From Nostoc sp. UHCC 0302 (GTDB taxonomy: Bacteria; Cyanobacteriota; Cyanobacteriia; Cyanobacteriales; Nostocaceae), in assembly GCF_038096175.1 (NCBI RefSeq), contig NZ_CP151099.1:4567484-4631483 (forward strand): 64,000 nucleotides of DNA, read 5' to 3'. Within the stretch, counting starts at the first letter, position 1. The number at the start of each line of letters is the position of its first letter. Under the pieces are notes generated by a model. That model saw nothing but the letters and a program-made list of their open reading frames with translations. It made no database searches and was not told the DNA's origin. Positions 10,417 to 20,142 of this stretch are shown here, piece after piece. Made by a program: the position numbers and the translations under genes.

Positions 10417-11422
10417 AAGTCTCTGCCATTAACTAAACATTTGAACGGCCTAACAGTTGATTTAATTAGCCTTTTCTGAACGCTTCATTGGGCGCTAAGA
10501 CGCATTTAACCCTCGTATACAGACACGTTTTAGGCATCTCTGCTGACTTTTTTTTAGCTTTTTACTGGGGTCTTTTTCTTGCATCAATTAAGTATTAGGC
10601 TCTACTTGATTATTGAAAATTTCTTTAATTAACAGTCATTAGGTTTGTACTCTATATTTGTGAAATTGACTGCTTGTCGCCAATCTACAATCAGAAGTAT
10701 CTCTGGCGTCAACAAAGTATTTAGCCATCAATCTGTCTTGGTCTATGCTTAGCTTTGTTTCAGTCTTAATTGACGTATACAAGCCTGATACCTCCAGAAA
10801 ATCACTAATATCATACAATAAAGTAGTTGTAGTTTTTCAGTTACAAAGTAAGTTAGATTTTGTAATATTTAACTAGACTTAGGCTAAGTTTTGGCTATCT
10901 ATTAAAAACTTGATACCTATCTATCATTTAAATTGCTTTTTTGAAAAATAGATTATTTACAAAAGTTACTGCTGGCTCTTAGTTTATACAGACGCATTGT
11001 TGGAAGCATCTTTATTTACCAGACAAATAAAGCTTGGCCATCATGTAGCTTTTTAAAGCTATATATCTACTACACATTTCTAAGTAGGGGCGCATAACTG
11101 TGATACCCTAAATAGCGATTCGTTTGTTACAAAGATTTTTGCAAATGGTCTGACCTTTTTATCTTCACTCTAGGATGTTCCCCAGGTCAACTTTTTCACC
11201 AATTCTTACGCATCGCAAACGCCCTGTTTCATCTCATGTTGGTTTACATAACCATCATTGCGACCTTTGGCGCTAGCCTGCTAAAGGTACATAATCCCAA
11301 AAACTTTGCTCTTAGTCCAGTGGCGGAGGCGATCGCCATAACATATCAACTCATCAGTAATTACAACTTCATTAGCTGTCACCTAAATGTAAAAGCTGTT
11401 CCCACCTACATCGCGACTTAGA

Positions 11423-11482
11423 TTATCAATATCACGATATCTCTCATCAACATCGTGACTTTCATTATCAATACCACGATAC
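11423..11482. repeat. three imperfect ~21-bp direct repeats (tYatcaaYaYcRYgaYa)
   Basis: ttatcaatatcacgata / tcatcaacatcgtgact / ttatcaataccacgata at ~21-22 bp spacing. This could be a regulator-binding array or part of the adjacent repeat cluster. Confidence 0.5.
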
Positions 11483-11714
11483 TTATCTTCAAATTGACGT
11501 GAGCTCGATAGCTCATGTGGTGTCCGCTTAATAGCTGAATATATAGCCGTAGTTATATAGGTTAGGACAGTGTTTATTGATCAAAGCCTTGAAGTAACTA
11601 GGTTTTTACTCAGCACGCTGCTCAACGCCCCGCTTCCGCTAACAGCACTCAGCACTTTGCTATAAAAGACCTCTAAGAGGTTTTACTACGCAAAACCGTC
11701 CCTCTCCGAGTCGG

Positions 11715-12045
11715 CTACAGTGTACACACAAGTCGAATTACCCCCCTTATCAAGGGCTGCCGTGACACGCAAGTCGAAATATTGAATTCGGGTGGTCGTT
11801 TATTAAATTCGGGTGGTTGTTTATTAAATTCGGGTGGTTGTTTATTGAATTCGGGTAGTCATTTATTGAATTCGGGTGGTCATTTATTGAATTCGGGTAG
11901 TTGTTTATTGAATTCAGGTAGTCGTTTATTGAATTCGGGTAGTCGTTTATTGAATTCGGGTGGTTGTTTATTGAATTCAAGCAGTGGTTAGGGTGGGGTA
12001 AAACCCAGATTCTTGAGCAACTTCAGACTTGTGTGTACACGGTAG
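11715..12045. mobile_element. 331-bp nonautonomous MITE-like element with 20-bp TIRs and a 10-bp target duplication, carrying a 21-bp tandem array
   Basis: TIRs ctacagtgtacacacaagtc / gacttgtgtgtacacggtag (19 of 20 complementary); flanking direct repeat tccgagtcgg at 11705-11714 and 12047-12056. Confidence 0.7.
11779..11988. repeat. 21-bp tandem repeat x ~10 (ttattgaattcgggtRgtYRt)
   Basis: Ten head-to-tail copies with minor variants. The track ORFs 11750..11980(-) and 11782..11991(+) are translations of this array. Confidence 0.9.
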
Positions 12046-12264
12046 CTCCGAGTCGGAGAGGGACAGACTTGAACAAAAGTTCAAGGCAGGGAGAGGTTTG
12101 TCGAACTCACGTTAAAATTACAAAATTTCGGCACAATCTAACCCCTAGTACAGCAGTAAATAAACCACATATTAAGAATGCCTGAAATACTTGTGAAAAC
12201 GTAATTAGCGAACGAGCGCCATTACGAGTTCCAAATTCTGTATAGCTGTACTAGTTCCCAGTCC

Positions 12265-14223
12265 CTACTTTTCAGGCGGACAAAGTTGCTGCACACTTTC
12301 GGGAAGTTGCTGACACGTCTGCTCAAATCCTCTAGGATTAATTTGCGACCAAGCAAATAATCCCAAACTTGTACCTCCCACAATCAACGCCAACACTCCC
12401 CCTAGCCTTACCCATCGGTTACTCCGGCTTGGTTTTTTGACTGGGGTTACAGTTTTTGGAATTATAACTGGTTCTTCTGTGATATCTAAATCCAAATCCA
12501 AATCTAGCAAGGTTTGCGAACTTTCTGTGAAGGAATTTACTTCTTCTTGTTCTTGTGCTTCTGCTTCGGTAATCTCTACTAGAGGTTGCACAGGAGTAAC
12601 AGGCACTAAGTATTCTGGAGAGACACGATAATAACTCACAACAACCGATGTATTATCATGACCGTTTTTCGCATTTGCTAGATTAATCCAGTTCCCGACA
12701 GCATCTTCAACTGCAAGTTTACCTGTTAACACTGGTACAGCGTAATCTCGCCAAGATTGTTCCACCCAGTTATTATCACTTAAACCATCAGAACACAACA
12801 GCAAGATGCCATCTTCTTCTACAATGAATCGCTGAACCTTAAGACGCAAGGATTCTGCATCTTTTGTTCCCAATGCTTGAGTCAAGGCACTAGCATCTTG
12901 CCTATTAAGTGCTTGGCGATATAAACTCCGAGCATGGCGTACTTCCCTGGTTACCACATCATCATCTACTGTGAGTAATTGACAATAGTTGCGAGTAATC
13001 CAATAAGCGCGGCTATCGCCAATATTAGCTAAGTAAACTTCATGGCCGTTTTCTGAACGCCAGCCAGCAGTCGTCTGTACTCTTTGCGGTACTTGTACTG
13101 CCATTACAAGAGTTGTTGCCATGCGTTCTCTGCCTTGGCGTTTTTGTTCGTTATTGCGGGCGGAAATTACGTTATTTACCACCCGCAAGCTTGCCTCTAG
13201 TTGTTCCTGTAATAAATCTGGTGGTACAAGTTCAGTTTGTTCTGCAACTTCTGTTAATAAAGCACGGATTTGCAACTTCAAAGACTGTACTGCTAATTGA
13301 CTAGCAACCTCGCCGCCTTCGTGTCCACCAATGCCATCACAAACAATTGACAAACGTGGCAGTACAGGGTCATCTAAGTTACTAGAGGCTGTAGGGTAGC
13401 AGCTGTCTTCATTTTGCGTCATTACTAGCCCAATATCAGTATTCCCTGCAACCTTTATGCTTAATGGCAATTCTGCCGCAGATGCTAGGAGTAACCTATT
13501 GAGTTGAGTGACAACAGCCTCTAACTCTACTGCTGGTTTACACATCTGCTGGACTATATTCTGTAAGTCTTTGGCTAGTGACGTGTTTGCAACTGCTACC
13601 CAAGGCAGCCAAAATTTCCCTAGCTCCTGTAAAGTTGGTTGCTCAGCTGTTTGTATTGGATAAAGTTCTAACAGCCGTATACACCAACCTTGAACTCTCA
13701 AGTTGTCTGGAAATAACAAACTGCGGGCAACTCCAAATTCTGATAAAGGTGTCCAAAGTTGAAGAATTTGCCACAGCCAATAAACTTGTCGTACTGCTGT
13801 TGCTTGTTCCCAAGCATCAGCAATAGTCGGGTAGAGATGTCCTGTGTCATCTATCGGCACATTTTCCAGTAAGAGGACATCACTTGTACCTTCTTCATGG
13901 GAATGCGTAAACCCGTAAGCGTGGGGCAAGTGCAACCGCTCTTGATATAACCGTAGGTAAGGAATTACTTCTTTTGGCAATGATGCTGGTATATCTGGCG
14001 ATAGCCCCGGTTGAGTATCCAGCCAAATTTGATGCCTAATTACCTCATATCTATCTGCTACCTTGCTACCAGCAGAGATTTTAGCTGCTAACGAGCCACT
14101 AGCCCAGAGATAGCGGTGAACTAGAGGAGTTTGACAACTAGCACAAACATCATCTCCCACAGGATTAATAGGGTTATTACAGCTTGGATTTATACAATAA
14201 ATTATCCGTTGAGTAGAAATCAT
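12265..14223 (-). CDS. PP2C-family Ser/Thr protein phosphatase with N-terminal zinc ribbon and C-terminal TM anchor
   Basis: CINPSCNNP...CASCQTPL Zn ribbon; PP2C motifs CDGIGGHEGGEVAS, ANIGDSRAYWI and LLCSDGLSDN; acidic DLDLDLDI stretch; C-terminal hydrophobic helix. Confidence 0.85.
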   Translation of the reverse strand: MISTQRIIYCINPSCNNPINPVGDDVCASCQTPLVHRYLWASGSLAAKISAGSKVADRYEVIRHQIWLDTQPGLSPDIPASLPKEVIPYLRLYQERLHLPHAYGFTHSHEEGTSDVLLLENVPIDDTGHLYPTIADAWEQATAVRQVYWLWQILQLWTPLSEFGVARSLLFPDNLRVQGWCIRLLELYPIQTAEQPTLQELGKFWLPWVAVANTSLAKDLQNIVQQMCKPAVELEAVVTQLNRLLLASAAELPLSIKVAGNTDIGLVMTQNEDSCYPTASSNLDDPVLPRLSIVCDGIGGHEGGEVASQLAVQSLKLQIRALLTEVAEQTELVPPDLLQEQLEASLRVVNNVISARNNEQKRQGRERMATTLVMAVQVPQRVQTTAGWRSENGHEVYLANIGDSRAYWITRNYCQLLTVDDDVVTREVRHARSLYRQALNRQDASALTQALGTKDAESLRLKVQRFIVEEDGILLLCSDGLSDNNWVEQSWRDYAVPVLTGKLAVEDAVGNWINLANAKNGHDNTSVVVSYYRVSPEYLVPVTPVQPLVEITEAEAQEQEEVNSFTESSQTLLDLDLDLDITEEPVIIPKTVTPVKKPSRSNRWVRLGGVLALIVGGTSLGLFAWSQINPRGFEQTCQQLPESVQQLCPPEK

Positions 14224-14454
14224 AAAGGTATAAATTAAAGAGACAAATCAACTTATGAATTTTGATTATATTTAAATGTCAACGACTTGAAGCTCAGGAT
14301 AAACTAGAGTTGTGTACTTCTGGCTACACCTTGTTACTGAAATTAATCAAAATTTTTGACAAAAAGACGAATTTTGCTTTCTGTAAATAGCCTAAGTCTG
14401 GGTGTATCTAGTCGGAGAAATGCATTTAAGTCAATGTAGAGACAGGATGGCGCT

Positions 14455-14889
14455 ATGCCAAGTTATACCTTAATCTGGCTTTTGGCAGGAGCAGTTCTAT
14501 GTTTAATGGAATTGTTTTTACCATCGGCGTTTGTCGCTTTCATGATGGGAATCAGCGCTTTTGTGGTCGCACTGCTATCTGTGGCGGGTTTAGGAAATGT
14601 ATGGTTGCAAGTTGTGATATGGCTGTTGCTTTGTGTAGCACTAGTTGTACTTTCCCGCCGATTTTTACAACCGCGACAACGCAAGTCGAAACTTCGGGAT
14701 GCAGTTACAGCTGAAACTTTAACAGAAATTCCGGTAGGGAAAACAGGCCGGGTGTTATACGAGGGAAATTCTTGGCAAGCAAGATGTGATGATGACAAAC
14801 TCGGCATAGCACCCAACGAAAGAGTTTATGTGGTGGGAAGAGAAGGCACAACTTTGATTGTGATGCCGGAAACGCTTTTGCATTCTTAA
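14455..14889 (+). CDS. NfeD-family membrane protein (OB-fold C-terminal domain)
   Basis: Two or three N-terminal TM helices plus a C-terminal OB fold (VGKTGRVLYEGNSWQARCDD...); sits upstream of an SPFH gene as in the classical NfeD-stomatin operon. Confidence 0.8.
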   Translation: MPSYTLIWLLAGAVLCLMELFLPSAFVAFMMGISAFVVALLSVAGLGNVWLQVVIWLLLCVALVVLSRRFLQPRQRKSKLRDAVTAETLTEIPVGKTGRVLYEGNSWQARCDDDKLGIAPNERVYVVGREGTTLIVMPETLLHS

Positions 14890-14911
14890 TCAAGAGTCAA
14901 GAGTTAGGAGT

Positions 14912-14969
14912 AGAGACGCGATTATACTCTTACGAAAAGCCGCTCTTCGAGCGTCTAGGCGTCTGTACA
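14912..14969. repeat. long SDR variant (agagacgcgatta-[tactcttacgaaaagccgctcttcgagcgtctag]-gcgtctgtaca)
   Basis: The SDR palindrome arms are split by a ~32-bp insert that is itself palindromic (cgaaaagccgctcttcg). Matching copies lie at 43784-43843 and 56541-56595 (reverse orientation). Confidence 0.8.
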
Positions 14970-15069
14970 TGAGTTATTCTATCCCTTGTCTCTACACTGC
15001 CCACTCCCTTGCCCCCTCATCCTCTTAATCTTAAGTTATATTTAATACTCAAAATTCAGGAGATTTACG

Positions 15070-16077
15070 ATGGAACAGTTATTTTTGCTAATCTTTTTAG
15101 CTCTTGGTGGTTCTGCTGTAGCAGGGTCTGTTAGAGTCGTTAGTCAAGGTAATGAAGCTTTAGTGGAAAGATTGGGTAGTTATAACAAAAAACTAGAACC
15201 AGGGCTAAGCTTTGTCATCCCTTTCCTTGATAAAACTGTCTACCAAGAAACTATCCGGGAAAAGGTTTTAGATATTCCTCCGCAAAAATGCATCACTCGC
15301 GACAACGTTGGTATTGAGGTGGATGCGGTAGTTTACTGGCGCATTGTGGATATGGAAAAAGCTTGGTACAAAGTAGAAAATCTCCAGTCAGCAATGGTGA
15401 ATTTGGTGTTAACTCAAATTCGCTCGGAAATGGGACAACTGGAGTTAGATCAAACTTTTACTGCCCGTTCTCAAATCAATGAGCTTTTGTTACAGGATTT
15501 GGACGTAGCTACCGATCCTTGGGGTGTGAAAGTGACGCGTGTAGAACTGCGAGATATTATCCCCTCTCAGGCTGTGCGGGAGTCGATGGAATTGCAAATG
15601 TCAGCAGAACGGCGTAGACGGGCGGCAATTTTAACTTCAGAAGGCGATCGCGAAGCTGCTGTTAATAGTGCTAGAGGTAAAGCTGATGCTCAAATTTTAG
15701 AAGCAGAAGCTAGTCAAAAGTCAGTAGTTTTACGTGCAGAAGCAGAACAAAAAGCGATCGTTCTCAAAGCCCAAGCGGAACGTCAGCAACAGGTTCTCAA
15801 AGCCCAAGCGATTGCTGAGTCAGCAGAAATTATTGCCCAAAAAATCAACTCAAATTCCACTGCTTATCAAGCCTTAGAAGTTCTAATTGCCTTGGGCTAT
15901 CTAGATATGGGCGCAACAATTGGTAAGAGCGATAGCAGTAAGGTGATGTTTATAGATCCGCGTAGTATTCCCGCCACCTTAGAAGGCATACGCTCTATTG
16001 TCTCAGATGGTCAGGTTGACTCTAATTCACTGCTCAGAGGTGAAATACCAGGGGGGAATAATAATCGGGCTAGTTGA
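15070..16077 (+). CDS. SPFH/band-7 (stomatin-like) protein
   Basis: N-terminal TM, SPFH domain ([33 protein letters not shown]...[10 protein letters not shown]) and an Ala/Gln-rich coiled-coil C terminus. Confidence 0.9.
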   Translation: MEQLFLLIFLALGGSAVAGSVRVVSQGNEALVERLGSYNKKLEPGLSFVIPFLDKTVYQETIREKVLDIPPQKCITRDNVGIEVDAVVYWRIVDMEKAWYKVENLQSAMVNLVLTQIRSEMGQLELDQTFTARSQINELLLQDLDVATDPWGVKVTRVELRDIIPSQAVRESMELQMSAERRRRAAILTSEGDREAAVNSARGKADAQILEAEASQKSVVLRAEAEQKAIVLKAQAERQQQVLKAQAIAESAEIIAQKINSNSTAYQALEVLIALGYLDMGATIGKSDSSKVMFIDPRSIPATLEGIRSIVSDGQVDSNSLLRGEIPGGNNNRAS

Positions 16078-16116
16078 CAATGGAGGAGTGAGGGAGAAAT
16101 AACCAATGACAAATGA

Positions 16117-16527
16117 CTAATGGCTAACTTCAGCAGCTTGATTAATTTGGCATTGACTGCACAAACCAAAAAACTCTAGGGTGTGGTAAAAAATTTTAAA
16201 CTTCTGGCTAGATTCTAATTGCTCTTCTAAGTCATGTACAGGACATTGATTAATCGGAATGGAAACACCACATTGCAGGCAAGTTAAGTGGTGTTTATCT
16301 TGCTGCGCTAGACTGTAGAGGGCTTCACCGTTAGCCAAAGTCCGCACTTGTACCATGCCTTCCAGTTTTAAGGCTTCTAGGGAGCGGTAAACTGTCGCTA
16401 AACCCATACTCTGATTGTTATTACGTAGCTCGACGTAAATATCTTGCGCGGAAATGCCTTGTTTAATGGATTTCAGCAGGTTCAAAATACGCTCTTGACT
16501 GCGGGTGCGTATGGCTCTCATAGACAA
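16117..16527 (-). CDS. Fur-family transcriptional regulator (Zur/PerR-like paralog)
   Basis: 136 aa; winged-helix N terminus (ILNLLKSIKQGISAQDIY...ATVYRSLEAL) and a metal site HHLTCLQCG...C. Which Fur paralog it is cannot be told from sequence alone. Confidence 0.8.
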   Translation of the reverse strand: MSMRAIRTRSQERILNLLKSIKQGISAQDIYVELRNNNQSMGLATVYRSLEALKLEGMVQVRTLANGEALYSLAQQDKHHLTCLQCGVSIPINQCPVHDLEEQLESSQKFKIFYHTLEFFGLCSQCQINQAAEVSH

Positions 16528-16666
16528 TAGTTTAAATTTGCCGCTTTAGTAGAAGCTGTGGGATTGGCTAACTGATTAAGTTAACTCTAACTGCTTCATA
16601 ATCTTATTTTCACTCAGTTGGAGCAGAAAGTTATAGTATAGCGATCGCAGCATTCAGCAAAAGCCC

Positions 16667-16945
16667 GTGCAAAGCAAGTATTTAGCCAAAATTTTCGTGA
16701 CGCTTCGTCCTTCAGTCTTAGATCCTGCTGGTGTAGCTGTACAATCCAGTCTTAAGCAGTTGGGATACGATAACGTTGAACAAGTGCGGATTGGTAAGTA
16801 TATTGAACTCACCATCACCTCAACTGAAGAGAAGAAAGCGCGTCAAGACCTCGAAAACATCTGTAACCAGATGCTAGCAAATCCCGTGATTGAAAATTAT
16901 CGCTATGAGTTGATTGAGGTCGAAACACAAACGGGAGTGTTTTAG
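16667..16945 (+). CDS. purS: phosphoribosylformylglycinamidine synthase subunit PurS
   Basis: KIFVTLRPSVLDPAGVAVQSSLKQLGY matches the PurS family; GTG start. Confidence 0.85.
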   Translation: MQSKYLAKIFVTLRPSVLDPAGVAVQSSLKQLGYDNVEQVRIGKYIELTITSTEEKKARQDLENICNQMLANPVIENYRYELIEVETQTGVF

Positions 16946-17138
16946 GGACTGGGTATAGGGCATAGAGAGTGCTGTTAGCGGAAGCGGGGCGTTTAGCCCG
17001 TCTTGAGTTAGAAGTTAGGAATTTAGAGTTATTATTCTCTCTCCTGTCCCCAGTCCTCAATACCTGTACCCCACGACCAGTCCCCCATAACAAATGACAA
17101 ATGACAAATACTTCGACTTCGCTCAGTACAAGTGACAA
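16946..17138. repeat. repeat-dense spacer between purS and purQ (STRR heptamers plus a partial gctgttagcggaagcggggcg repeat)
   Basis: The segment 16965-16997 is the reverse complement of the repeat at 11607-11655 and 42751-42796. Heptamer arrays (aaatgac) and the cttcgacttcgctcagtacaagtgacaaatga motif are also present. Confidence 0.7.
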
Positions 17139-17816
17139 ATGACTAAATTCGGCGTTGTTGTTTTTCCGGGTTCTAATTGCGATCGCGATGTTGCTTATGT
17201 AACTAGAGACTTACTAGGGCAACCGACTCGCATGGTTTGGCATCAAGAAACAGATATTGCAGATTTAGATGTGGTTGTAATCCCTGGTGGCTTTAGTTAC
17301 GGGGATTATCTACGTTGCGGTGCGATCGCGCGATTTTCACCTGTAATGCAGCAGGTGGTGGAACACGCCCAAAAAGGTAAGTTTGTCTTGGGTATTTGCA
17401 ACGGTTTTCAAGTATTAACTGAAGCCGGACTTTTACCGGGTGTGTTAACTAGAAATCGCGATTTGCATTTTATCTGCGATCGGGTTCCGTTAAAAGTTGA
17501 GCGTACCAATCTTCCTTGGACGCAAGCTTATACCGCCTCTGAAATTATCACTTTACCTGTTGCCCACGGTGAAGGGCGATTCTATGCCGATCAAGCAACT
17601 CTCGCAGCAATTGAAGATAACGGCCAAGTATTGTTCCGTTATCAAGGAGAGAATCCCAACGGTTCACTGAACAACATTGCCGGGATTTGCGATCGCCAAG
17701 GTAATGTTTTGGGAATGATGCCACACCCAGAAAGGGCATCAGACGCGATATTGGGAGGTAGCGATGGGTTGAAGTTGTTTCAGGGATTGTTAGAGAAAGT
17801 AGCTGCATTGGCGTAA
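17139..17816 (+). CDS. purQ: phosphoribosylformylglycinamidine synthase I (glutaminase subunit PurQ)
   Basis: [21 protein letters not shown]...GICNGFQVL...HPE: class-I glutamine amidotransferase with the PurQ signature. Confidence 0.93.
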   Translation: MTKFGVVVFPGSNCDRDVAYVTRDLLGQPTRMVWHQETDIADLDVVVIPGGFSYGDYLRCGAIARFSPVMQQVVEHAQKGKFVLGICNGFQVLTEAGLLPGVLTRNRDLHFICDRVPLKVERTNLPWTQAYTASEIITLPVAHGEGRFYADQATLAAIEDNGQVLFRYQGENPNGSLNNIAGICDRQGNVLGMMPHPERASDAILGGSDGLKLFQGLLEKVAALA

Positions 17817-17918
17817 AGTTGACCATTGCTTATAGCACTTTTAATAGCCAACAAAAGTAGGGATTCAGCAATGCTGTGTCCCTACATTCTTTATATAGAA
17901 TTTCTAATTTGGTAAAGT

Positions 17919-18073
17919 AACGTGAGTTCGACAAATCTCTCCCTGCTTTGAAATAAAGTTCAAGTCTGTCCCTCTCCGACTCGGAGAGGGACGGTTTTGC
18001 GTAGTAAAACCAGGGAGAGGTTTCTTTATTAAGCTAATTAAGCGCTTACTACATGAGCTATCGAACTCACGTT
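17919..18073. mobile_element. MITE-like element (acgtgagttcga TIR family), intact copy
   Basis: aacgtgagttcgacaaatctctccctgc...ccgactcggagagggacgg...tcgaactcacgtt: 13-bp perfect TIRs and a central palindrome, ~155 bp, sitting just upstream of the low-GC gene. Confidence 0.8.
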
Positions 18074-18173
18074 AAAGTATCAACAATCACCATACTATCT
18101 AAACTAGCTTGATAAATTGCTAATTATAAGAACAACATAGAAGCCAGCGAATTTATTCCAGCAGGTAGATTAT

Positions 18174-20099
18174 TTGATGTCTATTTCAGAGCCACTTAAA
18201 CAATTTATAAAATGGATACAAGATTTCGACTATCGTCTTTTGGAAAGCAAAGAGGATATTGAAAAAAAGTTTATTTTACCAATGTTTCAGTATCTCTGCT
18301 ACCCAGATAAATGTCATAATAAATACCCTTTCATAAAACATAAAGCAGAAAAACATGGCAGCGATCCAGAAAATACTTATATTTACTTTTCAACAGATAA
18401 TATTAAACAACAAAATTCCGATACATCACTTGTTCTGATTAAATTTACAGAACCGTATCAAACTCAATTAAATAAAGATATTGAACAAGCTAAATATTAT
18501 AGTAATCATCTAAAACCAATTTTTTTTATTGTTACTAATGGATATAAAATTAAGGTTTTTAAACGTCTTCGTTACTATAGAGAAGAATTTCTATTCGACC
18601 TAAATATAGATAAACTTAAAAATATTGCCATAGCATCAGAGTTTTATAATCAACTCAATTTTAATTTTATTAAAAATTTAGATAAAAACAACTCACCTAA
18701 TTTACATAATAGATATTACTTAGTAGAAAAGTTTTTTCGTCGCCATCAAGATTACCTGGATATCTTAGAAAAATGTGATTTTGAGCCTTCTATTACACAA
18801 GAAGACTACCATTTAGTTGTTGTAAAACCTAAAATAGCAATTGACTGCAATTTACCTAAAGCATTTAGAGAAGGTAATTGTAAAATTGAGTTCAGCAGCA
18901 TCATTTTAAGAGGTCTCAAAATTAGCTTAAATCATCAAGAGATTTTGGGACAATTAATGAAAGGACTGAATACCCAGGTAGATTGGGGATGTCGCCGCTT
19001 TTTAAAACAGTTAGATAAAAATACTTTTGAGGTATTTTTAGGAAAATCAACAGTTATTTTATCAGAGTTAGAAGCAGTAGATTTGTGTTTATGTGTTGAT
19101 AGAGTTTGCCAAGAGTACAAAAATTCAATTATCGAATTTGAGAATGCCTTGGAAACATGGGATTTTGAATTCTTAGAATTTTTAGATAGCCGAGGTTTTA
19201 AGCTTTTTTCTGTAGAACAAAACTTGTGGAATTTAATGCAGCAGTTTGCTAACGAGTTTGAATATACTAAAGGCAAATCAGAGTGGCATCTATTTCATAG
19301 AGATGATCTCTCAATTCGCGTGAGTCGCGGAATTAGAGATCATGCATTTATTGTGCCCCAATCTAGTAGTTATTTATCTTTATTGCCAAACGATAAAGTT
19401 AACATAATCTATGAGATAAATGATGTACATTTACAATCTCTTGTAAAAGGCAAAGTTACTTCATGGCAGCAAGATATTGGGTTACGAGGAACTTGGACAG
19501 CTAGATATACTAAAAAATGGTTATTAGAGAAATATATTCCCAAAGTTATTAATTATTACTTAGGTAAATCGCAATTATCTGAAGCTGAATTTTTATCAAA
19601 AATAATTAATAATCAATGTGAGCGATCGCCTATAAATGATATCAGAGATTTAGTACCTTATCTTCGTGATATACAGTCCTGGCTAAATATCTATATGGAA
19701 AATATTGCTGCTTCCCTATTGCGGCTATATTACCAAGCATTCACAGATTTGGTGCGAAATGCTGATTCTTCCACAATAGGTATAGATTATATTATAAGAA
19801 ATTTGCAAAGAATTGAGTGGAAGAATACACAAGAAGAAATTTATAGCAATTCTGTAGACAGGAAAAATTGGAATTTTAAATATGTTATGCGTTGCTTAGA
19901 TGAGCAAGTAATAAGAATAAATAATTGTAATTATGAAAATAGTTTTAAAGCTGATTTAATAACTCGAATATTTATTTGGATTATAGAAAATAGAAACATC
20001 AGTTTTTCTCAATCTCAGTTAAATGCTGCTAAACAAGCGCTGCTACCACTATGGACACATAGCCGTTTTGAAATGCGCCATGTGTTTCCTAATCGTTGA
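18174..20099 (+). CDS. low-GC hypothetical protein (641 aa) with an HsdR_N-like PD-(D/E)xK N-terminal domain
   Basis: Strongly AT-rich and Lys/Asn/Ile/Tyr-rich compared with its neighbours. Residues ~20-130 (EDIEKKFILPMFQYLCYP...DTSLVLIKFTEP...IEQAKYYSNHLKPIFFIVTNGYKIKVF) fit the type-I HsdR N-terminal / Mrr-cat-like nuclease pattern. The remaining ~500 aa match nothing I recognise. Confidence 0.6.
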   Translation: MMSISEPLKQFIKWIQDFDYRLLESKEDIEKKFILPMFQYLCYPDKCHNKYPFIKHKAEKHGSDPENTYIYFSTDNIKQQNSDTSLVLIKFTEPYQTQLNKDIEQAKYYSNHLKPIFFIVTNGYKIKVFKRLRYYREEFLFDLNIDKLKNIAIASEFYNQLNFNFIKNLDKNNSPNLHNRYYLVEKFFRRHQDYLDILEKCDFEPSITQEDYHLVVVKPKIAIDCNLPKAFREGNCKIEFSSIILRGLKISLNHQEILGQLMKGLNTQVDWGCRRFLKQLDKNTFEVFLGKSTVILSELEAVDLCLCVDRVCQEYKNSIIEFENALETWDFEFLEFLDSRGFKLFSVEQNLWNLMQQFANEFEYTKGKSEWHLFHRDDLSIRVSRGIRDHAFIVPQSSSYLSLLPNDKVNIIYEINDVHLQSLVKGKVTSWQQDIGLRGTWTARYTKKWLLEKYIPKVINYYLGKSQLSEAEFLSKIINNQCERSPINDIRDLVPYLRDIQSWLNIYMENIAASLLRLYYQAFTDLVRNADSSTIGIDYIIRNLQRIEWKNTQEEIYSNSVDRKNWNFKYVMRCLDEQVIRINNCNYENSFKADLITRIFIWIIENRNISFSQSQLNAAKQALLPLWTHSRFEMRHVFPNR

Positions 20100-20142
20100 A
20101 GATGAAAAACCATATAAATTAGGCGATCGCATTTTGAACACA

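Larger units (their letters stand above)
11496..12113. mobile_element. composite copy of the acgtgag-TIR MITE carrying two nested insertions
   Basis: Outer termini are gacgtgagctcgatagctc (11496) and tcgaactcacgtt (12101-12113). Its central hairpin ccgagtcgg|agagg is split by a second element (11715-12045), and a copy of the cagcacgctgctcaacgccccgcttccgctaacag repeat lies at 11607-11655. Confidence 0.7.

Noticed and set aside
11779-11988. Possible CRISPR array (regular 21-bp repeats).
   Set aside because: The copies are head-to-tail with no unique spacers. The period is far too short. No cas genes.
11750-11991. Two overlapping track ORFs encoding perfect heptapeptide repeats (NSINDYP...; LLNSGGC...).
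   Set aside because: They are the two-strand translation of the 21-bp tandem DNA array inside a MITE. They have no start context or RBS and the repeat period equals seven codons. They are not genes.
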